Positions 1 to 10,009 of a stretch of DNA of 39,037 nucleotides are shown here, piece after piece; positions within the stretch are counted from its first letter, which is position 1, and each line of letters starts with the position of its first letter. This stretch comes from Escherichia phage pO2. The notes below the pieces were generated by a model. That model was not told the DNA's origin. It saw only the letters and a list, made by a program, of their open reading frames with translations, and made no database searches. Position numbers and translations under genes: made by a program. Where the stretch lies: sequence record OR228483.1. The stretch is one strand, 5' to 3'.

Positions 1-119
1 TAGTCAATAGGTAGTCTTAAATAATATTGATTAAGCTATCGTCGGCCCCATGGTGTAATAGGATATAGTCTTTGACTAACATGTCTCTGACCTTAAGTCT
101 ATAGCTTTGTGTCTATTAA

Positions 120-237
120 CTGTAGGTCTTTGACTGTAGGATGTGAGTGTCTTATGGTTGATACTGTAGGTTAGTCAGACTGTAGGTTGTAGGACTGTAG
201 GTTGTAGGACTGTAGGTTATAGGACCTATGGTTATAC
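120..237. repeat. Cluster of short CTGTAGG(T) direct repeats, including four tandem 15-bp units (GACTGTAGGTTGTAG-like) at 178..237; analogous in position to the short repeat arrays near T7 genome ends
   Basis: CTGTAGG at 120, 134, 164, 180, 195 and 210; 15-bp period read directly; lies beyond the last gene at the genome right end. Confidence 0.6.
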
Positions 238-455
238 AGATAGAGACTCAGAGACAGACCCATAGTCCCTACCTATCGTCCTGACCTCCAGCCATAGCCT
301 AGACCTATCGTTGACCTAACGTCTTGACCATCGGTACAACCTTATGATAGACTGGGGTAGGGCCTTTGGTCTGTACTTAAAGAGGGCCTATGGGGAGACT
401 TGAGGTTCTTGAACTGTGAGATGTGGTCTCAAACTTTTGGTCCAAAACTCATCGA

Positions 456-497
456 ATACTGTAGGTGGCAGCTACTGTAGGTCAAGGACCGTAGGTC
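456..497. repeat. Second small cluster of CTGTAGG / CCGTAGG repeats
   Basis: CTGTAGG at 459 and 475, CCGTAGG at 489. Confidence 0.45.
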
Positions 498-658
498 AGG
501 CGACACTAGGATAGACCAATAAGTAGGATGACCCTAGGTGAGCTTCTATTAAGGTGTTACCTAAAGTCCTTGACTACAGTAGCTAAGGTCAGTAGAGTGA
601 GTCTTTATCCACGTACTGACCTTAGGTCTTCCGCTCATGAATCGTTACCATGATTGCG

Positions 659-817
659 TTAATTACACTGAGACACCAGAGAACATACGAGAGTCTCGAC
701 CCACCCGACCCACTTACTTCCAGCAGTAACGCCAGCAGCAAGTAGAACAGCAGCAAGAAACCTGTATGTAGCTCGATTGGTCGCCAGAGCTTTAAGTACA
801 GCTTTGGTCTTTGCCAT
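659..817 (-). CDS. Small hydrophobic protein, 52 aa (gp19.5-like position, downstream of terminase)
   Basis: ATG at 817 preceded by AGGAGG; ORF MAKTKAVLKALATNRATYRFLAAVLLAAGVTAGSKW... to TAA at 659..661; below ORF-track size cut-off. Confidence 0.3.
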   Translation of the reverse strand: MAKTKAVLKALATNRATYRFLAAVLLAAGVTAGSKWVGWVETLVCSLVSQCN

Positions 818-997
818 ATGCTACATACCTCCTGTATCTATGGTCGGTGACTATCTGTATTGGAGGGATTATGATTAATATCACCCTCCTTCCATCGGTG
901 CAAGCCTTAGGTAAGAACTCGGAGTCTGCCTCCTAAGGTCTTGCATAAAGTCTGCATATGTATATTCACTACAGTAATACTATAAGTAACCGGGGGT

Positions 998-1020
998 CTT
1001 CCCTATAGTGATAGTTAAGT
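998..1020 (-). promoter_or_regulatory. Phage RNA polymerase promoter (phiOR-like, after terminase gene)
   Basis: Minus-strand read ACTTAACTATCACTATAGGGAAG matches the 11-copy promoter family. Confidence 0.6.
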
Positions 1021-1114
1021 CTAAACTCCTTGTAAAACAGTAGGTTAGACTGGTAGTAACTATAGGTTACTAACTGCTTATTAATTCAGTTTTCGCCTAT
1101 AGTTATTCATTCAG

Positions 1115-2884
1115 CTAGTGGAACGTAACGTAGGACCCTAGCCCCAGCTCGTCGTCCGTATCGTGAGTTACCCGGACCCCATTGTCCCAGAACTCAGTGT
1201 GGATGGACTCGAAGCCTTTCCGTGGGTTCTCCATCTGTTCCTCCAGCCACTCCTCAGTGACTTCACGTTCGCCTTTGTTGGCATCCTTCGCCATAGACTC
1301 AACGAAGAACTGTACACCGATAGCCAGCGCATCAAGTCGGTCATCGTGTGCCAATGCTCCACGTTCACGAGAGATACGTGTCATCTGGTAGAAGAGAGAG
1401 TAGATAGGATTACGAACACCATCCTTATCAGAGGCAGACTGGTAATCTTGGACGATAGCAGCAGCGTTAACGATAAGTCGGTGAGACCCCATGATAGGCT
1501 CCAGAACGTCACAGATGCGGAGTTCCTTCTGACCCTTACTCTTCACTTCAGTTACAGCAGCAGGATGAATACGGGAAGCTACAGGCTTGAATAGCTCAAG
1601 GTACATACCATCACCGAAGTTACCCTCAATGACGTATTCGTTGACCTTCCACTTACGACCAATCTTAGCCAAGGCTTCCAGCGTAGAGTCTTCATAGCCA
1701 CCTCGCATACCGCCAACTTCCATAGCGAAGATGTAGCCGTTTAGCTGGTACAGTACCGCATAACCAGTTTCATCCTTACCACGACCACTAGGGTCAATGA
1801 CTAGAATCTTCTGGGTGTACGAACTGAAGGCAGAACCTACAGTCTGATACGTGTGGTATGAGTCACCCATGAGTCCAACGTTAGGAACGTCCTCACGCTT
1901 GTTCTGAGGGTTAGGAAGCCATTGGTATACCATTGGGCTAGACGATGGGTCCAAGTCGGCTACGATAAGGTCACGGAGCTTCAGAGGGTACTTCTCAGCA
2001 TCGCTCAGGTTAGGGTTAAGCATGAACTGTAGAGCGAAGCCAGCTTTACCATAGGACAGCTCACGTTCCTTCAGGTCCGTATCATCAAATCGTACTTCAT
2101 CGGTCGGACGCCAGTAGAAGGACTCAGGGTCCTCTTCCAGCTCTGCCTGAAGCATCGGTGCCAGACGGTCGCCGTAAGACTGCCAGTCCTTCCTGTCGCG
2201 TGGATAACGAGCAGGCCAGATGGTAGTGGTGTATCCACGGCCTTCCAGCTCACGATACAAGGTCATCTCGTTCTGAGGAGTACCCAGATAGATGATTGTG
2301 CCTCCCGGCTTCAGGATAGCGTCGAACTCTTTCACAAGCTCTGACAGACGGTCTCGTGCAGCCTGAGTCGCTGAGTTGTTCGGAACCTCCACGTCATCGG
2401 CAATCAGGATGTCAGCACGACTACCAGTCAACTGACCAGTGATACCAACGGACTTAACCGAAGGTGAGTGGTCTGGCTTGGCTGGTCCAACGTCGAAGCT
2501 GATAACCGCATCTCGCTGCCCCTGCTTAGGTTTGAGTTCCTTAAGCTGAGGCATGAGGTCGATTATTCGCTTGATGAAGATGGAGTTAGCATCGGCTCGT
2601 TCCTTTGAGGCCGACACAATCATGAACTTCAAGTCCGGGTTATTCCATAACTTCCAGACCACGAAACCACAGGTCAGGAACGACTTTCCAATACCACGGA
2701 ATGCTTGAAGGATGAAGCGTCGATTATCTCCAGCCGCCAGCTTCTTACACATATCTATCTGGCAGCGTGTTGGAACAGGAAGGCTCAGAGCTTTCCATAG
2801 AACGAAGATGAAGAACACGAAGTCATCCCTCATCCTTTGGGTCATTTCTGCCTGTCTTTCAGCAGGTGTTTTCTTATTCGCCAC
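1115..2884 (-). CDS. gp19: Terminase large subunit (DNA maturase B)
   Basis: 589 aa; strong similarity to T7 gp19 ([31 protein letters not shown]); GTG start at 2884 preceded by AAGGAGG. Confidence 0.95.
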   Translation of the reverse strand: MANKKTPAERQAEMTQRMRDDFVFFIFVLWKALSLPVPTRCQIDMCKKLAAGDNRRFILQAFRGIGKSFLTCGFVVWKLWNNPDLKFMIVSASKERADANSIFIKRIIDLMPQLKELKPKQGQRDAVISFDVGPAKPDHSPSVKSVGITGQLTGSRADILIADDVEVPNNSATQAARDRLSELVKEFDAILKPGGTIIYLGTPQNEMTLYRELEGRGYTTTIWPARYPRDRKDWQSYGDRLAPMLQAELEEDPESFYWRPTDEVRFDDTDLKERELSYGKAGFALQFMLNPNLSDAEKYPLKLRDLIVADLDPSSSPMVYQWLPNPQNKREDVPNVGLMGDSYHTYQTVGSAFSSYTQKILVIDPSGRGKDETGYAVLYQLNGYIFAMEVGGMRGGYEDSTLEALAKIGRKWKVNEYVIEGNFGDGMYLELFKPVASRIHPAAVTEVKSKGQKELRICDVLEPIMGSHRLIVNAAAIVQDYQSASDKDGVRNPIYSLFYQMTRISRERGALAHDDRLDALAIGVQFFVESMAKDANKGEREVTEEWLEEQMENPRKGFESIHTEFWDNGVRVTHDTDDELGLGSYVTFH

Positions 2885-3308
2885 GCAACCTCCTTATGGT
2901 TTCCTGTAGAGCTTTCTCCTTAAGGTCAGCTTCTTGCGTTATTCGGATAAGACTTTTAGAAGTTTCTGGGTGTAGTTCGACTCTACCATTAGGGAAGCAT
3001 CGACTGTAATCTGGCTCGCTGAGACCTGAGGTCTTGACTTTGACGAGCAGCCGCTTGTTATCGCGGTTAAGGTCATTAATAATCCTATCAGTAGAGCCTT
3101 CCAGCGAGGACATCTTGTCCTGCCACTCCGCTGAGACTTCATCGACTCGTGCTTGGATAGCAGTTCGTTGACTCTCTCGTGCCTCAAGTTTCGTGATGTA
3201 TTCTTCATTTACTTTAGCCTCCCACTTATTGTTAGCGGTGTGGTAGCCACCAGCAAACATCACTGCTGCAAGTAGCCACGGAGCCGCTCTCTTTAAAAAT
3301 TCGAGCAT
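2874..3308 (-). CDS. rz: Rz-like i-spanin
   Basis: 144 aa, N-terminal transmembrane segment then coiled-coil-like region; position after small terminase as T7 gene 18.5; GGGAGG before ATG. Confidence 0.8.
   Translation of the reverse strand: MLEFLKRAAPWLLAAVMFAGGYHTANNKWEAKVNEEYITKLEARESQRTAIQARVDEVSAEWQDKMSSLEGSTDRIINDLNRDNKRLLVKVKTSGLSEPDYSRCFPNGRVELHPETSKSLIRITQEADLKEKALQETIRRLRGE
2939..3142 (-). CDS. rz1: Rz1-like o-spanin lipoprotein embedded in rz in another frame
   Basis: Internal ATG at 3142 gives [34 protein letters not shown]: signal peptide plus lipobox-like TSGC; fully nested in rz. Confidence 0.5.
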   Translation of the reverse strand: MKSQRSGRTRCPRWKALLIGLLMTLTAITSGCSSKSRPQVSASQITVDASLMVESNYTQKLLKVLSE

Positions 3309-3367
3309 AGTTGCCCTCCCGGTTTATCAGATTTCACGTAGAGTCGCCTCCACTAGTTAGTGTTAAC

Positions 3368-3405
3368 CATAAAGGCCACTACATACAGTAATGACCTTGA
3401 GTCTA
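3368..3405 (-). promoter_or_regulatory. Conserved hairpin element (candidate RNase III processing site, R18.5-like), copy 1 of 3
   Basis: Shares CATAAAGGCCAC...TGACCTTGAGTCTA with copies at 26053 and 33439; stem pairs with G-U wobbles only in the minus-strand RNA. Confidence 0.45.
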
Positions 3406-3409
3406 ACAC

Positions 3410-3673
3410 TTATTGAACACCATACCCGGTGTCATTATCCTCAGTCGCTGAAAGCACCTTATCGTACTCTGCGTTCAGGGCCTCCATATCAGCCAGCGTC
3501 TTCTCGTCCACGGACACCTTGCTTAACACAAAGTTGTGACGAGCAAGCAGCTTCTCAATGGCGTTGTAAAGCTGGGGTGAACGCTTAGTGTCATCCCGCA
3601 GGTCTTGCAGCATGAGTCGAGCACGTTCAGTATCTAGCATTAAGAGGAACTTCTCTAAGTCCATCTGCGTCAT
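3410..3673 (-). CDS. gp18: Terminase small subunit (DNA maturase A)
   Basis: 87 aa, T7 gp18-like size and position; AAAGGAGG before ATG; start overlaps holin stop (ATGA). Confidence 0.85.
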   Translation of the reverse strand: MTQMDLEKFLLMLDTERARLMLQDLRDDTKRSPQLYNAIEKLLARHNFVLSKVSVDEKTLADMEALNAEYDKVLSATEDNDTGYGVQ

Positions 3674-3864
3674 GTTTTACCACCTCCTTTAATCGTTTTG
3701 TAGACTAGCACACCAATCTGGACAACGGTGTACGCGATAGCTGCAACGTAGAACCATTCGTTTAGTGTAAGTCCGAAGAAGAACCGACTGGCACCATCAG
3801 CCGCAGCGGTCCCGACGATAGGAGAGGCTTTAAGGACCTCATTCTTGAAGTCTAACTCAATCAT
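3670..3864 (-). CDS. gp17.5: Class II holin
   Basis: 64 aa; FFFGLTLNEWFYVAAIAYTVVQIG closely matches T7 gp17.5; GGAGG before ATG. Confidence 0.85.
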   Translation of the reverse strand: MIELDFKNEVLKASPIVGTAAADGASRFFFGLTLNEWFYVAAIAYTVVQIGVLVYKTIKGGGKT

Positions 3865-4022
3865 AAAACCTCCATTGTTAAACGGGTCGTCCTTGACCCA
3901 AAGTTGTTACCCTACGTTGGTTAGCGTGTAGTTAGCCTCTACCTCCACAACCTTCTAACATCTACACCCCACTCCTCACCCTATTCATGGATAACCACCT
4001 CAGCGAATCCATGCGTACATTT

Positions 4023-6053
4023 CTAGCGTCGGATGGCCTGTACCATCAAGTCACCAAGAAGAGTAACACTACCACCTGCACTTAAGTTCTTAATGTACAC
4101 ATTACATAAATTCTCCCCTATTGGCTTGAGAATAATTGAACATGACTTAACATCAAAGGTAGCACCATACACAAGCACATCCCCCTTAGTTGGCTTGTAG
4201 TCACCAGTGAGGGTAATATTACCGGCATTCAGGTCAGCACCTGGTTCAAGCGCAGTGTTAACTGCAAGAGTACCTTTGGCTACAACTCCGTTGTTGCTAC
4301 ACCATCCGACCGTGACTGTTGGAACAAAGACTGTGTTGTCATACTCAATCAAACTGTTACCTAGTGCAGCCAGTGACGCCCCACCCGTAGCACCAGTCCA
4401 CAACTTCAATCTAGTAGTTCCAAGCTTAACTCTAGCATCCCCAGAAGACAGGACTGGGTACATGAATACAGCAGTAGACGTCAGGTCTTCCCCGAAGAAG
4501 ATACCATCAACAGTAACGCGAGAACTTTCATGTGCTCGTAAGAAGTAAGCCTCCCCAGAACTAGCCAGAACTTTGTGGGAATGTAGTGCATATCCGTTAA
4601 GTGTTACTGTTGAGTCCCCATGAATATATATAGAGGCATGTCCATTATGATGAATCTCACAGTTCTCGCTGTACATGCCATTTATTACCATACCTTTACA
4701 GTTGTTAATATCAAAAGCCTGTAGACCTTGTATATCATTACAGCCGTCCATTGCACAATTGTTCATAGTCATGTTGTACACGTTTGCAAAATTGAACGCC
4801 TGATAACAATTAAGTGCGTAGCATGTATCCATTAGGACTGTAGTACCAATATGCTTACGGAAACCTTCCCAGCAATTAATCGCCAATACGTTACGCATGG
4901 TATACTGAAAAGCCCCTGTCACGTCATGAATACCAAAGTACGCACCACGTACTATGATGTTCTCAATGATAAATTGTGAAGGCCATGCTGTCTGCGATGC
5001 ATCACCAATATCAATACCTTTGCGACCACCATAGTTGTCTGGCTTGTTCTCACCATAATCAATGAATAAACCGCCTAAGTATCCACCCATGGAGTATCCA
5101 GAGTTAACGTCATACTTAAAAGCTGCTTCATTGTGAGAGATTGCTAGGATTGTACCAAGACTTGGTGATGGAGATATTCCCCCACCTTTAATAACTTGGT
5201 TCTTAAAGTACAAAGTCTCTTTAATGATGTATATACCAACGGGGATATATAGATTCTTTCCTGTTGCTAGTGCTGCCTTGAAAGCCTCTGTATCATCCGC
5301 AGAACCATCACCTTTAGCACCCCATCCGCGAACATCACCCTCATCTCGCCAGCGTGCCATCTGTAATTCTGGGTAGAGTATTGCCCCTTCCGGGTTTGAA
5401 ATCTGACTTCTTAAAGCAGCATCACCAACACTAACCCACGCACCTAATCCAATCCCACCGGAAGTTTCAGGAGTTGAACCAGCAGGAACGTTCTTTGGAA
5501 GCGTACCATCCCAGCGGTAATAATCACCATCCTCTTCCCATAGCAGGACCTCGCTCCATGTTGTAACGTTGTAGCCTTTCTCGAAGGAGCGACGGGTAAT
5601 ATAACCAATTAGACCAGCCTCCCTGATACTCTCAGCGATTCGTCGTGCTTCGTCCTCGCTATCCTTAGCGTTGCCAGCAGAGCTACCAGCAGCATCGGCA
5701 TATTCCTTCGCTAAGTCAACCGTTTGGTCTCTACCTTCTTCTGCAATATGGATAGCCTGAAGCTCTGAATTGGTCAGGTCACTAGCTGTCAACACTGAGC
5801 CATTCCTGAAGTCTACCACTAAGTCAGTTCCAGTCTGACGGTGAATACGAACGATGTCGAAACCTGATTGGTCAACCAACATCTCAATCATCGTTGGATT
5901 AAGGAATCGGTAATCTCGACCAACTTCCAGTACACGGTTCAGGGTAAGGTTAGAGCTATTCACCAGCGTAACAACAACAAACGTTCTGGCTAGGTAGTCG
6001 AACTCAATCCTGTACTGAGTGTTTCCTGAAGGGAATTGTGTAATCGTGGACAT
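4023..6053 (-). CDS. gp17: Tail fiber / tailspike: T7 gp17-like N-terminal adaptor domain fused to a parallel beta-helix (pectate-lyase-type) domain, probable polysaccharide depolymerase
   Basis: N-terminal ~120 aa resemble T7 gp17 (FDYLARTFVVVTL, DYRF); downstream GWGAKGDGSADDTEAFKAAL motif and repeated N/G/C-rich beta-helix-like segments; AAAGGAGG before ATG. Confidence 0.85.
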   Translation of the reverse strand: MSTITQFPSGNTQYRIEFDYLARTFVVVTLVNSSNLTLNRVLEVGRDYRFLNPTMIEMLVDQSGFDIVRIHRQTGTDLVVDFRNGSVLTASDLTNSELQAIHIAEEGRDQTVDLAKEYADAAGSSAGNAKDSEDEARRIAESIREAGLIGYITRRSFEKGYNVTTWSEVLLWEEDGDYYRWDGTLPKNVPAGSTPETSGGIGLGAWVSVGDAALRSQISNPEGAILYPELQMARWRDEGDVRGWGAKGDGSADDTEAFKAALATGKNLYIPVGIYIIKETLYFKNQVIKGGGISPSPSLGTILAISHNEAAFKYDVNSGYSMGGYLGGLFIDYGENKPDNYGGRKGIDIGDASQTAWPSQFIIENIIVRGAYFGIHDVTGAFQYTMRNVLAINCWEGFRKHIGTTVLMDTCYALNCYQAFNFANVYNMTMNNCAMDGCNDIQGLQAFDINNCKGMVINGMYSENCEIHHNGHASIYIHGDSTVTLNGYALHSHKVLASSGEAYFLRAHESSRVTVDGIFFGEDLTSTAVFMYPVLSSGDARVKLGTTRLKLWTGATGGASLAALGNSLIEYDNTVFVPTVTVGWCSNNGVVAKGTLAVNTALEPGADLNAGNITLTGDYKPTKGDVLVYGATFDVKSCSIILKPIGENLCNVYIKNLSAGGSVTLLGDLMVQAIRR

Positions 6054-6099
6054 TATGCCTCCTTTGTGATTTAAATGGAGACCTATGGTAGCGCCTCCA

Positions 6100-6122
6100 G
6101 TTTCCTATAGTGATAGTTTAGT
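6100..6122 (-). promoter_or_regulatory. Phage RNA polymerase promoter (phi17-like)
   Basis: + strand CCTATAGTGATAGTTTAG; overlaps gp16 stop codon. Confidence 0.65.
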
Positions 6123-9100
6123 CCTTGATGTGGATACCTTGCTCCTCAAACATTCCAAGCAACAGCTTCTGGGTAATGGGGTCGTTCGGAACCAGTTCAC
6201 GGAACGTATTATACATCCCGGTCATGTAGTCACGCTCGTTGACACGAGTATCAGCCTTGAGGTAGCCAGCCAAGTTATAAGCAGAAACGCCAACGTTAGC
6301 AGCATATCCGAAAGCTGGAACCTGCTCCAAGAAGTTACCAACAACATTCATCACAGGGTCACTTGTAGCTGCACCAAACGTGATGGCACGTTCAGGCTTC
6401 TCTGTAGGCGAACGAGGTAGGATAGACGAACGGAGCATCTTAGTGTCCTCATACCCAGCGATGCCACCTAGAATGTTAGCTACCCCAAGTGGTCCACCCA
6501 GATGTGAACTACGGGACAGGGCCGCATAGGCAATCATCGTTGGGTCCAGAGCTTGCTTGAGATAATCTCGGTCTCGACCGTCCTGCATAGCGTAAGCCTT
6601 GACGTGCGCCTGAGCCATGTAGTAGATACCAGCCAGACCCATAGACATCACAGTAGACAGTGCAGCGTCCATCGCTCGGTTGTTCTTCGTGGCGTTATAG
6701 AATGTTCGCATGGTTCGACCATTGATGGACTTGATGACGAAGTTCTTAAACTGAAGGACAGTCTTAGCGAGAGGACCATAAGCCTTGGCGTCCATGTTGG
6801 ACAGCTTATGAGGACGGAGTAACGTTTCGTCAGCGATGGTATCACCCATACGCCATAGGTCCATAGCCCTTGGGTCCTGACTGAACGCCTTCTTATCCTT
6901 GATGGTGTACTTCCCGTCTGGACCACGAGTCACTGACTCACGGATGAGGGACTTAATGCCCTTCCACTGCTCGTCAGAGATACCAGCGGTCTTAAGCCAG
7001 CGGTCATCGAACTTACGCTTACTACCAGTCAGGCTATGCTCCACGATGTCAGACAGGAAGCCTTGACGTCCAGCATCTAACAGGTAGTTGGTCGTACCGT
7101 TGAGGACTTTAGTGAACGGAGAGCGTACTGCAAGTTCACCAGTGTAATACTTGACAGTTCCCAGAGCTGTAGCTGCCCCGCGACCTAGGTCACTGTAAGA
7201 CCGCAGACGGTCAATGACATCCTGTTTAGACGGACGGATTGAGTCATCCAGTTCCTTACCGAAGATAACATTGTGCAGGTCCTTAATCTCTGAGGCCCCA
7301 ACCTTCTTGTTACGGAAGGCTAGGTCACGGAAAATTGGGACTCCATGCAGCATTGCACGAACGTTGCCACGAGCCAGCATACCACCAATCTCCGTTAAGT
7401 TCTGAACACCCATGTAGGCATTCTTAGCGAAGAACGATAGGTCTGTCATTGTGCGCATCACGGTAGCGAAGGCTGCATCATCAGCACCATCACGTCGAGC
7501 ACGACCAGTGAGAATCTTCAGGGTGTCACGTAAGGTAGATACTTCACCTTTCAACTTACCGTCATCCCCAGCCTTGTTCATCATGGTCTCAACCAAGTCC
7601 TTCATGTCCTTCGTGGTCTTTCCTGTACCAGCCATGATAGCAATGTCACCATTGACTCGACGGTTGTAGGCCGGGACAATCTTGTCCATGTCCCACTCAC
7701 GCAGGTTGTTGACACTGAAGGTCTGACCGTTAGGTAGGACGATTGACATATCGCTATCGAACAGGTTACGAGCCTCAAGGAAGCTGTTGTTCTCCAGACC
7801 CACCAGACCATTGATGTTCTCTTCCATTACGGATGAACGCTCGAACTGCTCGGTGTGAGAGATACCATAAGCCTTATCGTTGGCGTACTTATCGACCGCA
7901 GCCGCAAGTCCTTCTGGAGTCAACGTAGGGTCAGCCTCTAAGAGTGCCTCGTCCACACGTTTCTTGACCTCAGGTCGAGACGCATAGCTGGTCAACCATG
8001 ACTTCTTGATGGCCTCCTGTAGTGCCTCTGGACTCCCAAGCTCCTTGATGTACAGCTCCTTCATCTGGTTGCTATACACATGCGGGACGTAGGTTCCCTT
8101 GAAGCGGCTACCCGGAAAGATAGACTGAGCGTCTGGACGACCAAACATCGCCGGGTTCTCCATCATCTCACGCTTGGCGTCAAACTGGTTCTTCAGCAGG
8201 TCATATACTTTCAGTTCTCCCGGAGTCAGTTCAGCCTTCAGGTTCCCACTTCCGTCTTCAATAGCCATAGACACACGCTGGTAGATGTCCTGACGGAATG
8301 CGCCAGAGTCTCGCCAGAATGCTGTCTGGAAGTATGGGTCCTTGAGCGCCTCAGTAACCGCGTCGTCGATGTCGTTGTAGAACCGATGGTCCACAGCACG
8401 AAGTCTCTCAAATACGTCTGACGCAGTGGTCCCGATTTTACCTGAGGCCCCTGACTGCATACCAGTTGGTGAACGCACTAAGTCAGCAGCGACTCCACGA
8501 ATCTCAGGGTTCTCTGACCGAAGCAGCTTCAGGCCAATCTCAGTAAGCCCACCAAGGTTCACACCAGCAGCGGCACGTTCAGGCTCAATCACTTCATCAA
8601 AGACTTGACGTGTCTTAGGGTTCAGAGGGTTCTCACCAATCAGGATTGAACCATCTTCCAGTCGTACACTACCCGGCTCGTTCGGAACGTCAGCGAACTT
8701 AACGCCTTGATGACTAAAGGTCTGCTCACCTTCCTGAATAGGGAGACGAGACAGGTCCTGACCATCAACGTTACGAGCGGTCTCACGAGCTTCCAGACGT
8801 GTAGCTGGGCCAGCAAACTCATTAGTGTTGCGACCTAAGGCTCTGCCTAACCCATCAGCGATAGCAGTCATACCACCACCGAAGAGAGCACCACCAAGGA
8901 TAGCTTCAGCCACATGAGCATCACCACCAGCCACTGAGGTACGGGCCATCTCGGACACACCAGCCAGTGCTCCAGATTGAGCAGCCACGGTGAACATCTT
9001 GTTGACCAGCTTACCGCCTTTACCAACCTGTCCAGCGATAGGAACGTATGTCAGAGGGTCTACACCAGCGCCAATCACACCAGCAGCTAACTGAGCACCA

Positions 9101-10005
9101 GTCCCAGCCTTGGCCTTCTCTTGGTCCAACTTCTGGTTCTCAAGCGCCAAGTTAATAAGCTCGGTCAGGTTCTGAGGGGAGCCACCAGTAATGACTCCGT
9201 AATACTGAGGCAGAACCCCAGCGTTACGAATCTGGTCAAGCTCTTCACGAGTCCACTTATGGTTGTTCCAGCGGGTCGGGTTGAACACATCGCCAATGAC
9301 ATCAAGTGAGTCCTCTGTCTGCCCAGCGCGGATAGCCACGCCGACCATAGAGTTCTTCACTTCAGCTTCTGTAGCAGCACCGAAACCGAACCACGTAGAG
9401 CGATCCTCTCGTTCCTGCATGGTCTCGCCAGTAGACTTATAGAACATCTCACCGAACGATTCGTTGGGAGCTTCAGGTGCTTGACCCTCAATGTTTAGAC
9501 CAGCAGCGGTAGGAAGGTTCTCGCCCAGAGCTACTTTAGGTTTAGCCTTGAGTCCTTCCGTGAGTGCGTCAAATACGTTAGCGCTTACTGGTGGAGTCTT
9601 TGGGCTAATGCCATTGAGTGCTCGTGCGACTCCCTTCTGATAGACTTCTGGATTGTACCGGGAGCCTGTCTCATGGAAGCTAATAGCTTGCGCCAGAGCA
9701 GACAGGGTGTCCGGGTTCGATAGGTCGAGACTCTGGGTAGCTGGAATACCAGTTGCAGCCACCACTGAGTCGATATAAGCCTTAGTGTCGTTCTCGTTAG
9801 GAGGTGCCCATCGGTTGATAATCTTCTCGATGGAGTCATAACCTCGGCGACCGTAGGACAGCAGGTTTTTACCTAAAGCTCGGACGCCAGACTCTGGACT
9901 ATCGAAGGTGACGAATGCACCATCATCTCCAGTCATTCCTTCCCATTGGTCCTTACTTACCCGGATGTTACCCGGATTGTTATTGCGAATACCACGAGTC
10001 GCCAT
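6118..10005 (-). CDS. gp16: Internal virion (ejection) protein D
   Basis: 1295 aa; central and C-terminal regions resemble T7 gp16 (RLEARETARN, SPTGMQSGASGK, NPAMFG); N-terminus differs from the T7 transglycosylase region; TAAGGAG before ATG. Confidence 0.9.
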   Translation of the reverse strand: MATRGIRNNNPGNIRVSKDQWEGMTGDDGAFVTFDSPESGVRALGKNLLSYGRRGYDSIEKIINRWAPPNENDTKAYIDSVVAATGIPATQSLDLSNPDTLSALAQAISFHETGSRYNPEVYQKGVARALNGISPKTPPVSANVFDALTEGLKAKPKVALGENLPTAAGLNIEGQAPEAPNESFGEMFYKSTGETMQEREDRSTWFGFGAATEAEVKNSMVGVAIRAGQTEDSLDVIGDVFNPTRWNNHKWTREELDQIRNAGVLPQYYGVITGGSPQNLTELINLALENQKLDQEKAKAGTGAQLAAGVIGAGVDPLTYVPIAGQVGKGGKLVNKMFTVAAQSGALAGVSEMARTSVAGGDAHVAEAILGGALFGGGMTAIADGLGRALGRNTNEFAGPATRLEARETARNVDGQDLSRLPIQEGEQTFSHQGVKFADVPNEPGSVRLEDGSILIGENPLNPKTRQVFDEVIEPERAAAGVNLGGLTEIGLKLLRSENPEIRGVAADLVRSPTGMQSGASGKIGTTASDVFERLRAVDHRFYNDIDDAVTEALKDPYFQTAFWRDSGAFRQDIYQRVSMAIEDGSGNLKAELTPGELKVYDLLKNQFDAKREMMENPAMFGRPDAQSIFPGSRFKGTYVPHVYSNQMKELYIKELGSPEALQEAIKKSWLTSYASRPEVKKRVDEALLEADPTLTPEGLAAAVDKYANDKAYGISHTEQFERSSVMEENINGLVGLENNSFLEARNLFDSDMSIVLPNGQTFSVNNLREWDMDKIVPAYNRRVNGDIAIMAGTGKTTKDMKDLVETMMNKAGDDGKLKGEVSTLRDTLKILTGRARRDGADDAAFATVMRTMTDLSFFAKNAYMGVQNLTEIGGMLARGNVRAMLHGVPIFRDLAFRNKKVGASEIKDLHNVIFGKELDDSIRPSKQDVIDRLRSYSDLGRGAATALGTVKYYTGELAVRSPFTKVLNGTTNYLLDAGRQGFLSDIVEHSLTGSKRKFDDRWLKTAGISDEQWKGIKSLIRESVTRGPDGKYTIKDKKAFSQDPRAMDLWRMGDTIADETLLRPHKLSNMDAKAYGPLAKTVLQFKNFVIKSINGRTMRTFYNATKNNRAMDAALSTVMSMGLAGIYYMAQAHVKAYAMQDGRDRDYLKQALDPTMIAYAALSRSSHLGGPLGVANILGGIAGYEDTKMLRSSILPRSPTEKPERAITFGAATSDPVMNVVGNFLEQVPAFGYAANVGVSAYNLAGYLKADTRVNERDYMTGMYNTFRELVPNDPITQKLLLGMFEEQGIHIKD

Positions 10006-10009
10006 TATG

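Noticed and set aside
120-237. CRISPR array interpretation of the tandem repeats
   Set aside because: Units are 15 bp with no spacers, there are no cas genes, and the context is a phage genome end.
1055-1110. Plus-strand and partial promoter-like strings (GTAACTATAGGTTAC at ~1060, AATAACTATAGGCG on the minus strand at ~1095)
   Set aside because: They lack the CTATCAC core upstream of TATAGG that all eleven real copies share.
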